A stretch of 29,406 nt of DNA from Gemmatales bacterium (GTDB lineage Bacteria > Planctomycetota > Planctomycetia > Gemmatales > Gemmataceae), in contig JBBSES010000001.1 in the NCBI GenBank assembly GCA_038239465.1, positions 1 to 29,406 of the forward strand, given 5' to 3'. Made by a program: the position numbers and the translations under genes. Positions 15,984 through 25,312 of this stretch are shown piece by piece (positions within the stretch are counted from its first letter, which is position 1; the number at the start of each line of letters is the position of its first letter). The notes beneath the pieces were generated by a model that made no database searches, was not told the DNA's origin, and worked only from the letters and a program-made list of their open reading frames with translations.

Positions 15984-17582
15984 ATGGACCCGGTGGAAAT
16001 CGTCCTGTGCTTGCTGGTCGCGGTCGCCGCGCTGGCGACGCTCGCCCGTCGGATCAACGTCGCCTATCCAATTCTTCTCGTGCTGGGCGGCCTGGGACTG
16101 GGCTTCGTGCCTGGCCTGCCGGTGGTTCAACTCCCGCCGGACGTGGTCTTCTTGCTGTTCGTGCCGCCCCTGGTATACGTCGCGGCGATCCTCACTCCCT
16201 GGCGCGACTTCCGCGCCAACCTGCGGCCGATCCTTCTCCTGGCGATTGGCCTGGTGCTCACGACTATACTTGCCGTGGCGGCGGTAGCCAATGCCGCCAT
16301 CGAAGGCATATCCTGGCCCGTGGCGATCGTCCTGGCAACCATCGTGGCGCCGCCGGACCTCGTCGCCGTCGCCGCCATTACCAGTCGGCTGAGCGTGCCG
16401 CGGCGCATCGTCACGGTGCTGGAAGGGGAAAGCCTGGTCAACGACGCCGTGGCCCTGGTCGCCTATCGTATGGCGATCGCGGCCGTCCTCAGCGGCACTT
16501 TCTCGATAGGCCAGGCCTGCCTGGGATTTGCCTGGGCCAGCGTCGCGGGCGTGGCCGTGGGCATCGGCGTGGGCTGGCTCGCCGTGTGGATTCGCCGACG
16601 CCTGGACGATCCGCCCGTGGAGACCACGCTATCCTTGCTCACCCCGTTCGCCGCCTATTTGCCGGCCGAAACCATCGGCGCCTCGGGCGTACTCGCCGTG
16701 GTCGCGGCCGGCCTCTACGTCGGCCGCCAGAGCGCGCGGCACTTCAGCGCGGACGCGCGCATGCTCGGCCAATCGTTCTGGCAAATGGTCGAATTCATCC
16801 TCAACGGCTTGGCGTTTATTCTCATCGGCTTGCAACTACGATCCATCTACGGCGAGTTGACCGAGTTTCCCCTCTTCACGCTTCTGGGTTACGCGGCGCT
16901 GATAAGCGCGACCGTCATCGTGGCGCGCATCGCCTGGGTGTTTCCGGCGACGTATCTGCCGCGCCTGCTCAGTCCCGCGTTGCGACGCCGCGATCCGTAC
17001 CCGCCCTGGCAACAGGTGGCGGTCGTCGCCTGGGCGGGCATCCGCGGCGTCGATTCGCTGGCGACGGCCCTGGCCGTTCCCCTGGTCATCGGCACGGGGG
17101 CGGCCTTTCCCCAGCGCGGCCTCATCGTCTTTCTGGCGTTCGGCGTCATCTTCGCCACCCTGGTTTTGCAGGGCTTGACGTTGCCGTGGCTCATCGCTTG
17201 GCTCGGTCTTCGAGACGACGGCTCGGCCAAGCGCGAGGAAACGCGGGGACGCGTGGCCACCGCCCAGGCCGCGCTGCGCCGCCTCGACGAAGTGAGCGGC
17301 GAATCGTGGGCGCCCGCCGACGCCGTGGAGCGATTCCGCGCCAAGTACAAGCACCGCCTGGAGCGCCACGAAGCCAACCTCAACTCCGCCGACGATGGCC
17401 ATCGAGAAGACCGTGCCCTGTCCGCGCAGCGGCTCGGCCTCGAACTGATCGAGGCCGAGCGGCAAGCCATCATCGATTTGCGCGACCGCGAAATCATCAA
17501 CGACGAAGTTCTGCGCGAGATCGAACACGATCTCGATTTGGAGGAATTGCAACTGGAAATCGAGCCAGACGAGGAGCGGTGA
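15984..17582 (+). CDS. CPA1 family Na+/H+ antiporter (NhaP/YjcE-like)
   Basis: FLLFVPPLVY, IVAPPD.VA, LEGESLVNDAVAL and WAGIRG, with many TM helices and a soluble helical C-terminus. Confidence 0.93.
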   Translation: MDPVEIVLCLLVAVAALATLARRINVAYPILLVLGGLGLGFVPGLPVVQLPPDVVFLLFVPPLVYVAAILTPWRDFRANLRPILLLAIGLVLTTILAVAAVANAAIEGISWPVAIVLATIVAPPDLVAVAAITSRLSVPRRIVTVLEGESLVNDAVALVAYRMAIAAVLSGTFSIGQACLGFAWASVAGVAVGIGVGWLAVWIRRRLDDPPVETTLSLLTPFAAYLPAETIGASGVLAVVAAGLYVGRQSARHFSADARMLGQSFWQMVEFILNGLAFILIGLQLRSIYGELTEFPLFTLLGYAALISATVIVARIAWVFPATYLPRLLSPALRRRDPYPPWQQVAVVAWAGIRGVDSLATALAVPLVIGTGAAFPQRGLIVFLAFGVIFATLVLQGLTLPWLIAWLGLRDDGSAKREETRGRVATAQAALRRLDEVSGESWAPADAVERFRAKYKHRLERHEANLNSADDGHREDRALSAQRLGLELIEAERQAIIDLRDREIINDEVLREIEHDLDLEELQLEIEPDEER

Positions 17583-17607
17583 GCAATGGTGAAGCGCGGT
17601 CCTCGTT

Positions 17608-18282
17608 TTAGTCCAGAGAGTAACGGCCCATCCTCGAAAGATCGATACCCAACCGGAGAGCGACCCAGTCGTGCGTCTGGGCGGGCGCGACGACCCAGGG
17701 CCGCAAGTCGCGGGCGACAGCGGCGCTAGCCATGTGGCCCCATCCCGGCGTACCAAGACGCACGGCGGGCGTTCCCGTCGCCAGGTCCGAAACGGCATGG
17801 ATGCAGTCCATGACGCGCACCCCGGCAAAACCGGCGTCGATTGCCTTATAGCGCACCGCTCCGCTTTCCAGGAAAGCGATCTGGGCCAGGGCGCGTTGGT
17901 ACATCACCGGGTCGATCTGGTACGGCCCCCATGCCGAGACGCGCAGCTTGAGCGAGTCGGTCCAGCGCAGGGTGGCCGCGAGGTCGAGGTTGACGCCGAT
18001 CTCCGGCAGCGGGCGCCACGTCGCCACGGCCATCGACCTCGGCATCCAGCTAATGGTGTGGGCTTCCAGACGATAGCTTTCGGCCGCCGGCCCCTCGCCG
18101 GTCGCCTTGATGACGGTGGCCCACGTATGTGACAGGCGCGGCACGTTCGGCTCGCCCTGCGCGGCGAAGACCATGAGGAAGTACGATTCCCCCGCCCGGC
18201 CGACGGCGCTCATCGACAACAGGACAACGACGGCAAACCAGGGAGCAAGGCGAGCGAAAAGGGATAGCGGCGGATAGTGCAC
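17608..18282 (-). CDS. Secreted hypothetical protein (SHTW...HTISW...WGPY...DCIHA motifs)
   Basis: GTG 18282 with SD GGGAGA, hydrophobic signal-like N-terminus ending AVGRAG. ATG 18309 is an alternative start. The track's 18624 start overlaps the divergent gene. Confidence 0.7.
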   Translation of the reverse strand: MHYPPLSLFARLAPWFAVVVLLSMSAVGRAGESYFLMVFAAQGEPNVPRLSHTWATVIKATGEGPAAESYRLEAHTISWMPRSMAVATWRPLPEIGVNLDLAATLRWTDSLKLRVSAWGPYQIDPVMYQRALAQIAFLESGAVRYKAIDAGFAGVRVMDCIHAVSDLATGTPAVRLGTPGWGHMASAAVARDLRPWVVAPAQTHDWVALRLGIDLSRMGRYSLD

Positions 18283-18607
18283 GTTTAGATCTCCCGCAGG
18301 CACGTTCATACCCACGATGAAGCGTGCAAAGGCCGCGCCTGCCCGCGAGAAAGCGGTGGCGGGCTCCAAGCGGTCGAAGGACGGCAAACCGAATGTGCCG
18401 ATAGGGCAAGTTGGCGGGCTACCTCCGAATCGCCAGGGGTATGCCCAATTCCTCCCGTCCATCCCATCCGCGTATTCCTTGCGGACGAGAGACGAAACGC
18501 CGGAAAAAGAAGGCGGTCCTGCCGAGAGCGGTCCTGAAGTTGCTTCCTTTTCTAGCGTCGGCAGCGTGGCCGTTCGCTCGCCCTGTTTCAAAGAAGAGGA
18601 AGCCATC

Positions 18608-19363
18608 ATGAAGCGTTTACTCATCGCCGCCTTTGGCGTTGCCCTCCTTTCCGCATCCCCGGCTTATGCGTTGCCGCCGGCCCCGACGCGGACTTTGCAA
18701 TCCGCCTCGGACGTCCTCGACGACTTCGCCGCGCTGCCGCTGCAAGGGATTCCGGCAAGCGTCTTGGCCGACGCCCAGGGCATTGCCATCATTCCGCGCG
18801 TCATCAAGGCGGGGTTCTTGCTGGGCGGGCGCGGCGGCCACGGCGTCATCGTCTCCCGCGACCGCGCCGGCGCCTGGGGCGGGCTGACATTCGTCGATCT
18901 GGGCGGCGCCAGCATCGGCTTTCAAGCCGGCGTCGAATCGGCCGACGTGGTGCTGGTGTTCAAGACCCGCGACAGTCTGGATCGGGTGCTTGCCGGCCGG
19001 GGAAAGCTGACGCTCGGCGCCGACGCGGCGATCGCCGCCGGGCCGGTCGGCCGTCAGGTGGAAGCCGGCACCGACGCGCGGCTGCGTGCCGAGATCGTGT
19101 CGTATTCCCGCAGCCGTGGCTTGTTCGCGGGCATAGCGCTGGACGGAGCGGCCCTCGTCTACGACCGCACGGCCAACGAGGCGTACCGCGCCGACGCGCG
19201 GCCGGAAGTCCAACAGCTAAGCGCGGCGCTGCTAACCCGCTGTGCCCGCATGAGCGCGCCGCCGGTTCCCGTCGTGCCGGCGCCGATTGCCCCCGTGCCG
19301 GTCATCCCGGCGGTGCCCGCGCCGGCGCCGATGCCGCAACCGTTACCGATGCGGCCCTATTAA
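18608..19363 (+). CDS. Lipid-binding SYLF (Ysc84-like) domain protein with Pro-rich tail
   Basis: Signal peptide MKRLLIAAFGVALLSASPAYA, then AIIP.VIKAGF..GGRGG.G, GASIGFQAG, LTLGADA..AAGPVGR and YSRSRGLFAGIAL. SD GAGGA. Confidence 0.92.
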   Translation: MKRLLIAAFGVALLSASPAYALPPAPTRTLQSASDVLDDFAALPLQGIPASVLADAQGIAIIPRVIKAGFLLGGRGGHGVIVSRDRAGAWGGLTFVDLGGASIGFQAGVESADVVLVFKTRDSLDRVLAGRGKLTLGADAAIAAGPVGRQVEAGTDARLRAEIVSYSRSRGLFAGIALDGAALVYDRTANEAYRADARPEVQQLSAALLTRCARMSAPPVPVVPAPIAPVPVIPAVPAPAPMPQPLPMRPY

Positions 19364-19387
19364 ATAGAGGCCATCGACAGCGGTAAA

Positions 19388-19433
19388 ACGGAGCCGTGAC
19401 CGTCAGGGTCTCTCCTGACGGTCGCGGCTCCGT
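19388..19433. repeat. 20-bp hairpin (REP-like / terminator) between convergent genes
   Basis: ACGGAGCCGTGACCGTCAGG-gtctct-CCTGACGGTCGCGGCTCCGT with a single G.U wobble. Confidence 0.85.
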
Positions 19434-19458
19434 CGTTATGGTCCTCTAGTTGTCGTCT

Positions 19459-22400
19459 CTAGGGCCGCGGCGCGGAGGCCGACGGCGTCCGCTCAGTCAC
19501 GGCCGGCGCCGCCTCGCCCGCAGGCCGTCGTTCCTGCATGAACATGAGCAGCCCCATGCCCTCGGGACGCGGCACCACGTCCGCCGGCAGCGACCAGCCT
19601 TGCACGCCGCGGTTCGGCAACACGCGGACCACGTTGCATGCCCAGGCCTTGCCGGCGCTGAGCGGTTCGCCGGTCAATTCGTGCAGGGGAATGGCCGCCT
19701 CGATTTGCCAGCCGGTTTTCTCGCTCCTCACCGCCACGAACCAGCGCGGATTCCAGGCCGCGTCGCCCCAGCAGTCCTCGCACAGGCAGCCGCGTTGATC
19801 GATTTGTAGGCGGAAGCAAGTGCCGTAATCGCGGTCGAGATCGAGAAGGATTTGCACGCGGTCGAAGTCGCGCAGGTCTTCGTCGCGGCGCCGCTTCGTC
19901 ACCGGGGCGACATACGCCTCGGCCGGGTGCTGGCAGCGGAGGGCGATGTAGAGATATTCCTTGTCGTAGGCAAACCAGGCATCCGTCGTGCATTCCTTGG
20001 CGGTGTCGCCGATGGCATCCTTGAGGCGCAGGGGAGCGGCGCCCTGCCAACAGTCGTCGTCGAAGTTGCCATCGAGGACGGGGCGGCGCGGCGTGAAGCG
20101 GCAGCTGGCGAGCGGCTTGGGCGGCGGGCCGTTGCGGTTGGCCAGCCAGAGTTCGGCGGCGGCGGCGTCGCGCCACGGTCCCTCGGCGTGGTCCTTGACG
20201 AAGCGCGCGTACCACTCCTGGGCCGTCTTGAAGTCGCCCAGGTTGCGCCGCGCCGATTGTAAGCCGAATTGCACGGCCGGGTCGGAGGCGAAGACGCCGC
20301 CAAACGCTTCCAAACGCGGCTCGACCTTGAGACAACTCTCGTACCAGCGCCGCGCTTCGGCCAGGTCGCCGAGCGTGGTCACTTGCTGCGTATGCTTGCT
20401 TTCCAGGCCTTGCTTATCGACGGTGCCGCCGTCGGGGACGCGCAGCATTTCCGATTGCGTGACGGCGAGGAATTGCCCGAGTTCCTGACGGCGTCGCGCT
20501 TCGCTGCTGCTGGCGTAGCGAATGAGCCAGCGATAGGCGTCGGCGGCTAGCGGATGGGCGGGATAGCGGTCCACCATGACGAAGTAGGCTTCGCGGGCCA
20601 GCAGCCATTGGCCATTGTCGGCGAAGCGCCGGGCGATGGCGAACGCCGCTTGCGCTCCCTGATCGTCGGAAAGATTGGCGAGGGTCGGGCCGATCTGGCT
20701 CAGAAGGCGATTGGGGTCAGTCAAACCGGCGACCGGCGTTTCGGCGAGGACTTGCAAGTTGCGCCGCGCGCGGATGGCCTTCTCGATTTCCGGGGCGGCA
20801 TCGGGCAGGGGAGGCAGCTGACGCCGGGCCGTACCGCCGGCCCCCAGGGCGATGCCTTGCATGAGATCGCGGTGGCCCTCCGCCCCCTGCATGTTGTTGG
20901 CGACGAGATGATAGTAGGTTTCGTTGTAATGTGCCGGCGCGTCGAGCAGTTCGCCGGCCGAAGTCGCCACGTTGTTGAGCGTGCCTTCGAGCCGCACGCG
21001 CGCCTCGTTCAAATCGAGGACGACGGACGCCAACTTCCCGCTGTGCCAGCGGGCGTACAGTTTCTTGACGGTCCACGGTTTCAATCCCAATTGCTCGATC
21101 TGCTCCGGAAATGCCTTGGGGTCGGCGGCCCGCTGAAACGCCTCGCGCGTCGCGTCGGCGGTCAGCGACTCCAGGGCGCTATCGCCGCCGTCCGTGGCAT
21201 CGTCGCTGAGTACCACTTCGGGCTGCCACATGCGAATGGCCAGAACCAGCTGACGCAGCATTTGCTCCGCGGCGTCGCCGCCGTGGCGCTTGTTCCAGGC
21301 GGCGAGTAATTGATGTTTGTCGGCGCGGTCGGCGTGGCGCGGCAACGGGAACTGCCAGAGGACTTCCGCCGCGGCGCCGCCCGCTTGACGCACCGCGGCG
21401 GCGAGGCGCTGCGCCTCGGACGCGCTTGCTAAGGGGGCCGCCGTCGGGTCGATGGCGGAGAATTGGAGGGCCGTGGTCAGATAGCCATCGTCGCCGCCAA
21501 CGAGGGCAATGGCGTCGAGCGGCACGCCGGCCGCGCGGGCATGGACGCACAGCACTGCGGCCCGCTGGCCGCCCTGCCGCTGCACCTTCCAGCTCTTGCC
21601 GCCATCCATGGTCTTGAGGACGGTGCCGAGTTCGCCGACCGCCCAGCCGCGCTTGTCGTCGAGGAAAGCGATGCCGTTCATCGGCAGGTTTTGCCCCGTC
21701 ATCTGCGGCTGCCAGCTCGCGCCCTGGTCGGCGCTATGGAAGACGACGGACCCCGGACGGCCCGCGACCCAGACGTGCGTGCCGCGGCAGGCGACGGCGC
21801 GGAAGTCGAGACCGGCGAGCGTTTCCTTCGGCAGTTTAAGGTCGGCGAATCCCCAGTGGACGCCGCCACTGTCACTGCTGAGCAGAATGAGGCCGCCTTG
21901 CCCGACGGCGGCGGCGCGCTTGCCGTTGAGTTGCAAGCCATTCACCGATCGGCCGCTGAGCGTATCCACGTCGGAGGCGCCGAGGACGCCGTTGCGCAGC
22001 GTGGCCAGGCGGCTCCAGGTGCCGGCCAGCGCGCCGGTGGATAAGTCCTGAAAATCAGCGGCGAGCCAGGTCGGGCAGCGCGGGCCGGCTACGGGCTTCC
22101 AGGTCCGTCCGCCGTCGGCCGTCAGGAAGACGCCCGTGGGATACTGCTCGCTGCCGTCGCCCGCCGCGATGCCGTTCTTGTCGTCGAAGAATCGCACGCG
22201 CTGCAAGCCGGGCAAGCCGTTGACGCACAGCCGTTGCCATTTCAGGCCGCCATCGCGCGTGACGAGGACCGTGCCGACGCTGCCGTGCGCGGTCTCCTCG
22301 CGGCCGACCGCCCAGCCGGTGAAGGGGTTCAGGAAGTACACGGAACGCAGCGACGCGCGGACGCCGGTGGGTTGCCGCTCCCAGGTGGCGCCGCCATCGA

Positions 22401-22563
22401 TGCTGTGCCACACGGCACCGGCGTCGCCGACGGCCCAGCCTTCGTTTTCATCGACGAATTGAACGGCGTGCAGGGCGGCGTCTTCGGGATGGCGCAGGTC
22501 GGCACCGCGCGCGGGCAAAGGCAGCGCGGCCGCCAGGGCCAGCGCCGCGAGGATGGGTCGCAT
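19459..22563 (-). CDS. Large secreted multidomain protein: YCF48/BNR beta-propeller, central helical region, C-terminal CBM9-like domain
   Basis: Signal peptide, repeated GWAVG..G.V..T.DGG.TW (BNR/YCF48) units, and C-terminal P.LDG..DD..W, D....YLYIA, D.V...LD.D and W..EAAIP (CBM9/DOMON-like). Confidence 0.8.
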   Translation of the reverse strand: MRPILAALALAAALPLPARGADLRHPEDAALHAVQFVDENEGWAVGDAGAVWHSIDGGATWERQPTGVRASLRSVYFLNPFTGWAVGREETAHGSVGTVLVTRDGGLKWQRLCVNGLPGLQRVRFFDDKNGIAAGDGSEQYPTGVFLTADGGRTWKPVAGPRCPTWLAADFQDLSTGALAGTWSRLATLRNGVLGASDVDTLSGRSVNGLQLNGKRAAAVGQGGLILLSSDSGGVHWGFADLKLPKETLAGLDFRAVACRGTHVWVAGRPGSVVFHSADQGASWQPQMTGQNLPMNGIAFLDDKRGWAVGELGTVLKTMDGGKSWKVQRQGGQRAAVLCVHARAAGVPLDAIALVGGDDGYLTTALQFSAIDPTAAPLASASEAQRLAAAVRQAGGAAAEVLWQFPLPRHADRADKHQLLAAWNKRHGGDAAEQMLRQLVLAIRMWQPEVVLSDDATDGGDSALESLTADATREAFQRAADPKAFPEQIEQLGLKPWTVKKLYARWHSGKLASVVLDLNEARVRLEGTLNNVATSAGELLDAPAHYNETYYHLVANNMQGAEGHRDLMQGIALGAGGTARRQLPPLPDAAPEIEKAIRARRNLQVLAETPVAGLTDPNRLLSQIGPTLANLSDDQGAQAAFAIARRFADNGQWLLAREAYFVMVDRYPAHPLAADAYRWLIRYASSSEARRRQELGQFLAVTQSEMLRVPDGGTVDKQGLESKHTQQVTTLGDLAEARRWYESCLKVEPRLEAFGGVFASDPAVQFGLQSARRNLGDFKTAQEWYARFVKDHAEGPWRDAAAAELWLANRNGPPPKPLASCRFTPRRPVLDGNFDDDCWQGAAPLRLKDAIGDTAKECTTDAWFAYDKEYLYIALRCQHPAEAYVAPVTKRRRDEDLRDFDRVQILLDLDRDYGTCFRLQIDQRGCLCEDCWGDAAWNPRWFVAVRSEKTGWQIEAAIPLHELTGEPLSAGKAWACNVVRVLPNRGVQGWSLPADVVPRPEGMGLLMFMQERRPAGEAAPAVTERTPSASAPRP

Positions 22564-22632
22564 GGGTCGCTCCTCTCTCTCGTTCCGAAAAACGCCCCTC
22601 GGTTCCGGGCCGAGGGACGCGAATCCTTTCTT

Positions 22633-22706
22633 GGCGAGCGGGGGGCTTGAGCGCCCCCGTGGTTCTCCGGGAGAAATGCACGGGGACGCTCAAGCCCCCG
22701 CTCGCC
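22633..22706. repeat. Imperfect ~28-bp inverted repeat with nested inner hairpin (REP-like)
   Basis: GGCGAGCGGGGGGCTTGAGCGCCCCCGTG (22633-22661) / CACGGGGACGCTCAAGCCCCCGCTCGCC (22679-22706), with inner TTCTC-cgg-GAGAA. Confidence 0.82.
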
Positions 22707-22725
22707 GGGTTGCTTGCGCAAAACG

Positions 22726-23574
22726 TCAGTCGCGGAACCAATAGCGCACGATGCAATACAGCGCGTTGAAGCCGTCCTTCATGCCGATCTTCTTGCCTTC
22801 CTCGTAGGTGCGGCCCGAGTAGCTGATCGGCACCTCGTAGACGCGCCACGGGGGATCGTTCTTCTTGACGATCTTGGCCGTCACCTCCGGCTCGAAGCCG
22901 AAGCGGTCCGACTTCAAATTCATCCCCGTCAGCACCTCGCGGCGGAAGACCTTGTAGCAAGTCTCCATGTCCGTGAGGTTCAAATTGGTGAACATGTTCG
23001 ACAGGGTCGTCAAGACCATGTTGCCGACGGAGTGCCAGAAATAAAGGACGCGATGGCCGTCGCCGATGAAGCGCGAGCCGTAGACGACGTCGGCCCGATC
23101 CTCGATGATGGGCTGGAGCAATCGCGGATATTCGGCCGGGTCGTATTCCAGGTCGGCGTCCTGCACGATGACCACGTCGCCGGTCGCGTGGGCGAAGCCG
23201 GTGCGCAGGGCGGCGCCTTTGCCCTGGTTGTGTTCGTGGTAGACGACGCGGACGCCATCCTCGCCTTCGAGTTCCTTGAGGATGTCGCGCGTGCCGTCGG
23301 TGCTGCAGTCATCGACGAGGATGACCTCCTTGGGCACCGGCGTGGCCTGCACGCGGCGAAGGATTTCGCGCAGCCATTGCCGTTCGTTGTAGACGGGGAT
23401 GACGACGGACAGCTTGAAACCAGGGGGGAAGGGATAGATGCCGAGTTGCCGGCAGGCCTGCTCGCCAAGCAAACGCGCCAGCACGCGGACGCGCTCATCG
23501 GGCGATTCGGCGACGCGATCGAGCAATGGCTGCAGTTCCTGGTCGGGAAGCGGCGTCCTGAGAGCCAGGTTCAT
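22726..23574 (-). CDS. Glycosyltransferase family 2 (polyprenol-phosphate mannosyltransferase-like)
   Basis: [56 protein letters not shown] and RFGFEPE. Confidence 0.93.
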   Translation of the reverse strand: MNLALRTPLPDQELQPLLDRVAESPDERVRVLARLLGEQACRQLGIYPFPPGFKLSVVIPVYNERQWLREILRRVQATPVPKEVILVDDCSTDGTRDILKELEGEDGVRVVYHEHNQGKGAALRTGFAHATGDVVIVQDADLEYDPAEYPRLLQPIIEDRADVVYGSRFIGDGHRVLYFWHSVGNMVLTTLSNMFTNLNLTDMETCYKVFRREVLTGMNLKSDRFGFEPEVTAKIVKKNDPPWRVYEVPISYSGRTYEEGKKIGMKDGFNALYCIVRYWFRD

Positions 23575-23738
23575 GATACGTCCGTGTGTGGAGGAGCATG
23601 GATCCATCCGGCGCGGAGGCCGACCGAAGTTTTGGAGAGTAGAATAAAAGCGGCAACGCGGTCAAGGCGAACCTCATGGCGCCTCGATTCGATTGGTTTA
23701 CGTTTCGCGCCCCCCGCTCAACGAGAGAACCGGCAGCC

Positions 23739-24728
23739 ATGCGACGTCACATCATAATGCTGGCTTTCGTAACCCTGGCGCCAAGCGTTCGCGCCGATGA
23801 CGTACCGAAAGCCGTCGTCGAAAAAGGGCTGCGGCGCGTCGAGCAGGGGGCGGCCAGCTACGTCAAGAACCGCCAGTGTTTCAGTTGCCATCACCAAGCG
23901 CTGGCGATCCAGGTCTTCACTTCAGCGAAGCGGCGCGGTTTCGATGTCGATGCCGCCGCTCTACGGCAGCAAGTCGATTTCACGATCAATACCTTCGAGG
24001 GGAAGCGCGAGCAAGTCGCCAAGGGTTTGGCCGTCCCCGGTGGAAACACCATGGCCGCCTACGCTCTGTTCTCGTTGGAAGTGGCCGAGCATCCCGCCGA
24101 CGATACGACGGCGGCGCTGGTGCAATACCTGCTGGCCCGGCAGAAGGACGACGGCTCCTGGCCCGCGCTGATGCAGCGGCAACCCAGCGAGGGCAGCCCC
24201 TTCACCACGGCGGCCTTCGCCCTGCGTGCGTTGAAGTATCATGGCCCGTCAAAGGATGCCGAGGTCAACGAGCGCGTCGAGAAGGCGTTCGCCAGGGGCA
24301 AGGCTTGGCTTCTGGCCGCGACGCCCAAAGACACGGAGGATAGGGCGTATCGCTTGCGTGCCCTGGTAACGGCCGGCGTTGAGCAAAAGGAGATCGTGGC
24401 CGCCAGAGACACGCTGGTGAAGGAACAGCTAGCCGACGGCAGCTGGAAACAAATGCCCGACCGTCCCGGCGACGCCTACGCCACCGGCACGGTATTGATG
24501 GCACTGCGTTTCGCCGGCATGGAGGCCAAGGACGATGTTTTCCAGAAGGGTGTCAAATACCTGCTCTCGACGCAAAAGGAAGACGGCAGTTGGCTCGTGG
24601 AGACGCGCAGCCGGCCGGTGCAGACGTTCTTCGACAATGGCGACCCCGGCGGCAAGTCGCAGTTCATCTCGTTCGCGGCGACGGGGTGGGCTACATTGGC
24701 GCTGCTGGAAACGCTGCCGCTCAAGTGA
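23739..24728 (+). CDS. Secreted prenyltransferase/squalene-cyclase-repeat (alpha/alpha barrel) protein with N-terminal CxxCH
   Basis: Signal peptide MRRHIIMLAFVTLAPSVRA, motif CFSCHH, and three QW-like repeats LLARQKDDGSW, LVKEQLADGSW, LLSTQKEDGSW. Confidence 0.8.
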   Translation: MRRHIIMLAFVTLAPSVRADDVPKAVVEKGLRRVEQGAASYVKNRQCFSCHHQALAIQVFTSAKRRGFDVDAAALRQQVDFTINTFEGKREQVAKGLAVPGGNTMAAYALFSLEVAEHPADDTTAALVQYLLARQKDDGSWPALMQRQPSEGSPFTTAAFALRALKYHGPSKDAEVNERVEKAFARGKAWLLAATPKDTEDRAYRLRALVTAGVEQKEIVAARDTLVKEQLADGSWKQMPDRPGDAYATGTVLMALRFAGMEAKDDVFQKGVKYLLSTQKEDGSWLVETRSRPVQTFFDNGDPGGKSQFISFAATGWATLALLETLPLK

Positions 24729-24799
24729 AGCGTTTGCGAGAGTGGAACGAAAAACGGTATCGCCTCGGGACGATAGCCGCCAATCCGGAGTTCTAAACC

Positions 24800-25312
24800 A
24801 TGAACGTCAAGAACGCGATTTGCCGAGGATGGGAGACTACGGCAAGGGGGGCGGTGGAAGCCTGGAAAAAGGATTCCGATGAGGCCGAATTCGCCTGCGA
24901 GACCGACGCTCTCATCGAAGCCGGCCTGGACTATTTTCGCTTCCTGCACGAGTGGTGCAATGACTGGTGGAAATTGCTGTTCGCAAAGAAGGTCCGCAAT
25001 CATCAGGCCGCTGGCACGTTCGTTCTGGACGCCTTGACCAAAGCCATCGACATCGGCGAAACCATGATCGAATGTGTGGGTATCGCCGAGGAAAGACAAT
25101 ACAAGGTGGAGAAGGTAGCGGATTTTCGCCTGGCGTTTCACGAACTGAAGAACTTGAAAGACAACATGGAGGCACGATGGCCCTGGCTGAGCGAGGAAAG
25201 CGCTTGCCGTGGCCAAGCCGATTTCGAAGCCGGACGATTTCGGCCGGCGGGGGATGTCTTCGATGAGTTACAGCGTCCAGATAGCGGACGAAGCACGGAG
25301 GCGCATTCGTGA
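24800..25312 (+). CDS. Hypothetical 170-aa protein, putative antitoxin
   Basis: SD GGAG. C-terminal ADFEAGRFRPAGDVFDEL resembles the acidic tails of RelE/ParE-partner antitoxins. Overlaps the next gene by 50 nt. Confidence 0.6.
   Translation: MNVKNAICRGWETTARGAVEAWKKDSDEAEFACETDALIEAGLDYFRFLHEWCNDWWKLLFAKKVRNHQAAGTFVLDALTKAIDIGETMIECVGIAEERQYKVEKVADFRLAFHELKNLKDNMEARWPWLSEESACRGQADFEAGRFRPAGDVFDELQRPDSGRSTEAHS

Noticed and set aside
18513-18536. 9-bp direct repeat GCGGTCCTG x2 in the divergent intergenic region
   Set aside because: Short and GC-rich; it could be an operator but cannot be distinguished from chance.
366-22706. Palindromes considered as CRISPR repeats or IS terminal repeats
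   Set aside because: No regularly spaced repeat-spacer array, no cas or transposase gene, and no target-site duplications seen.
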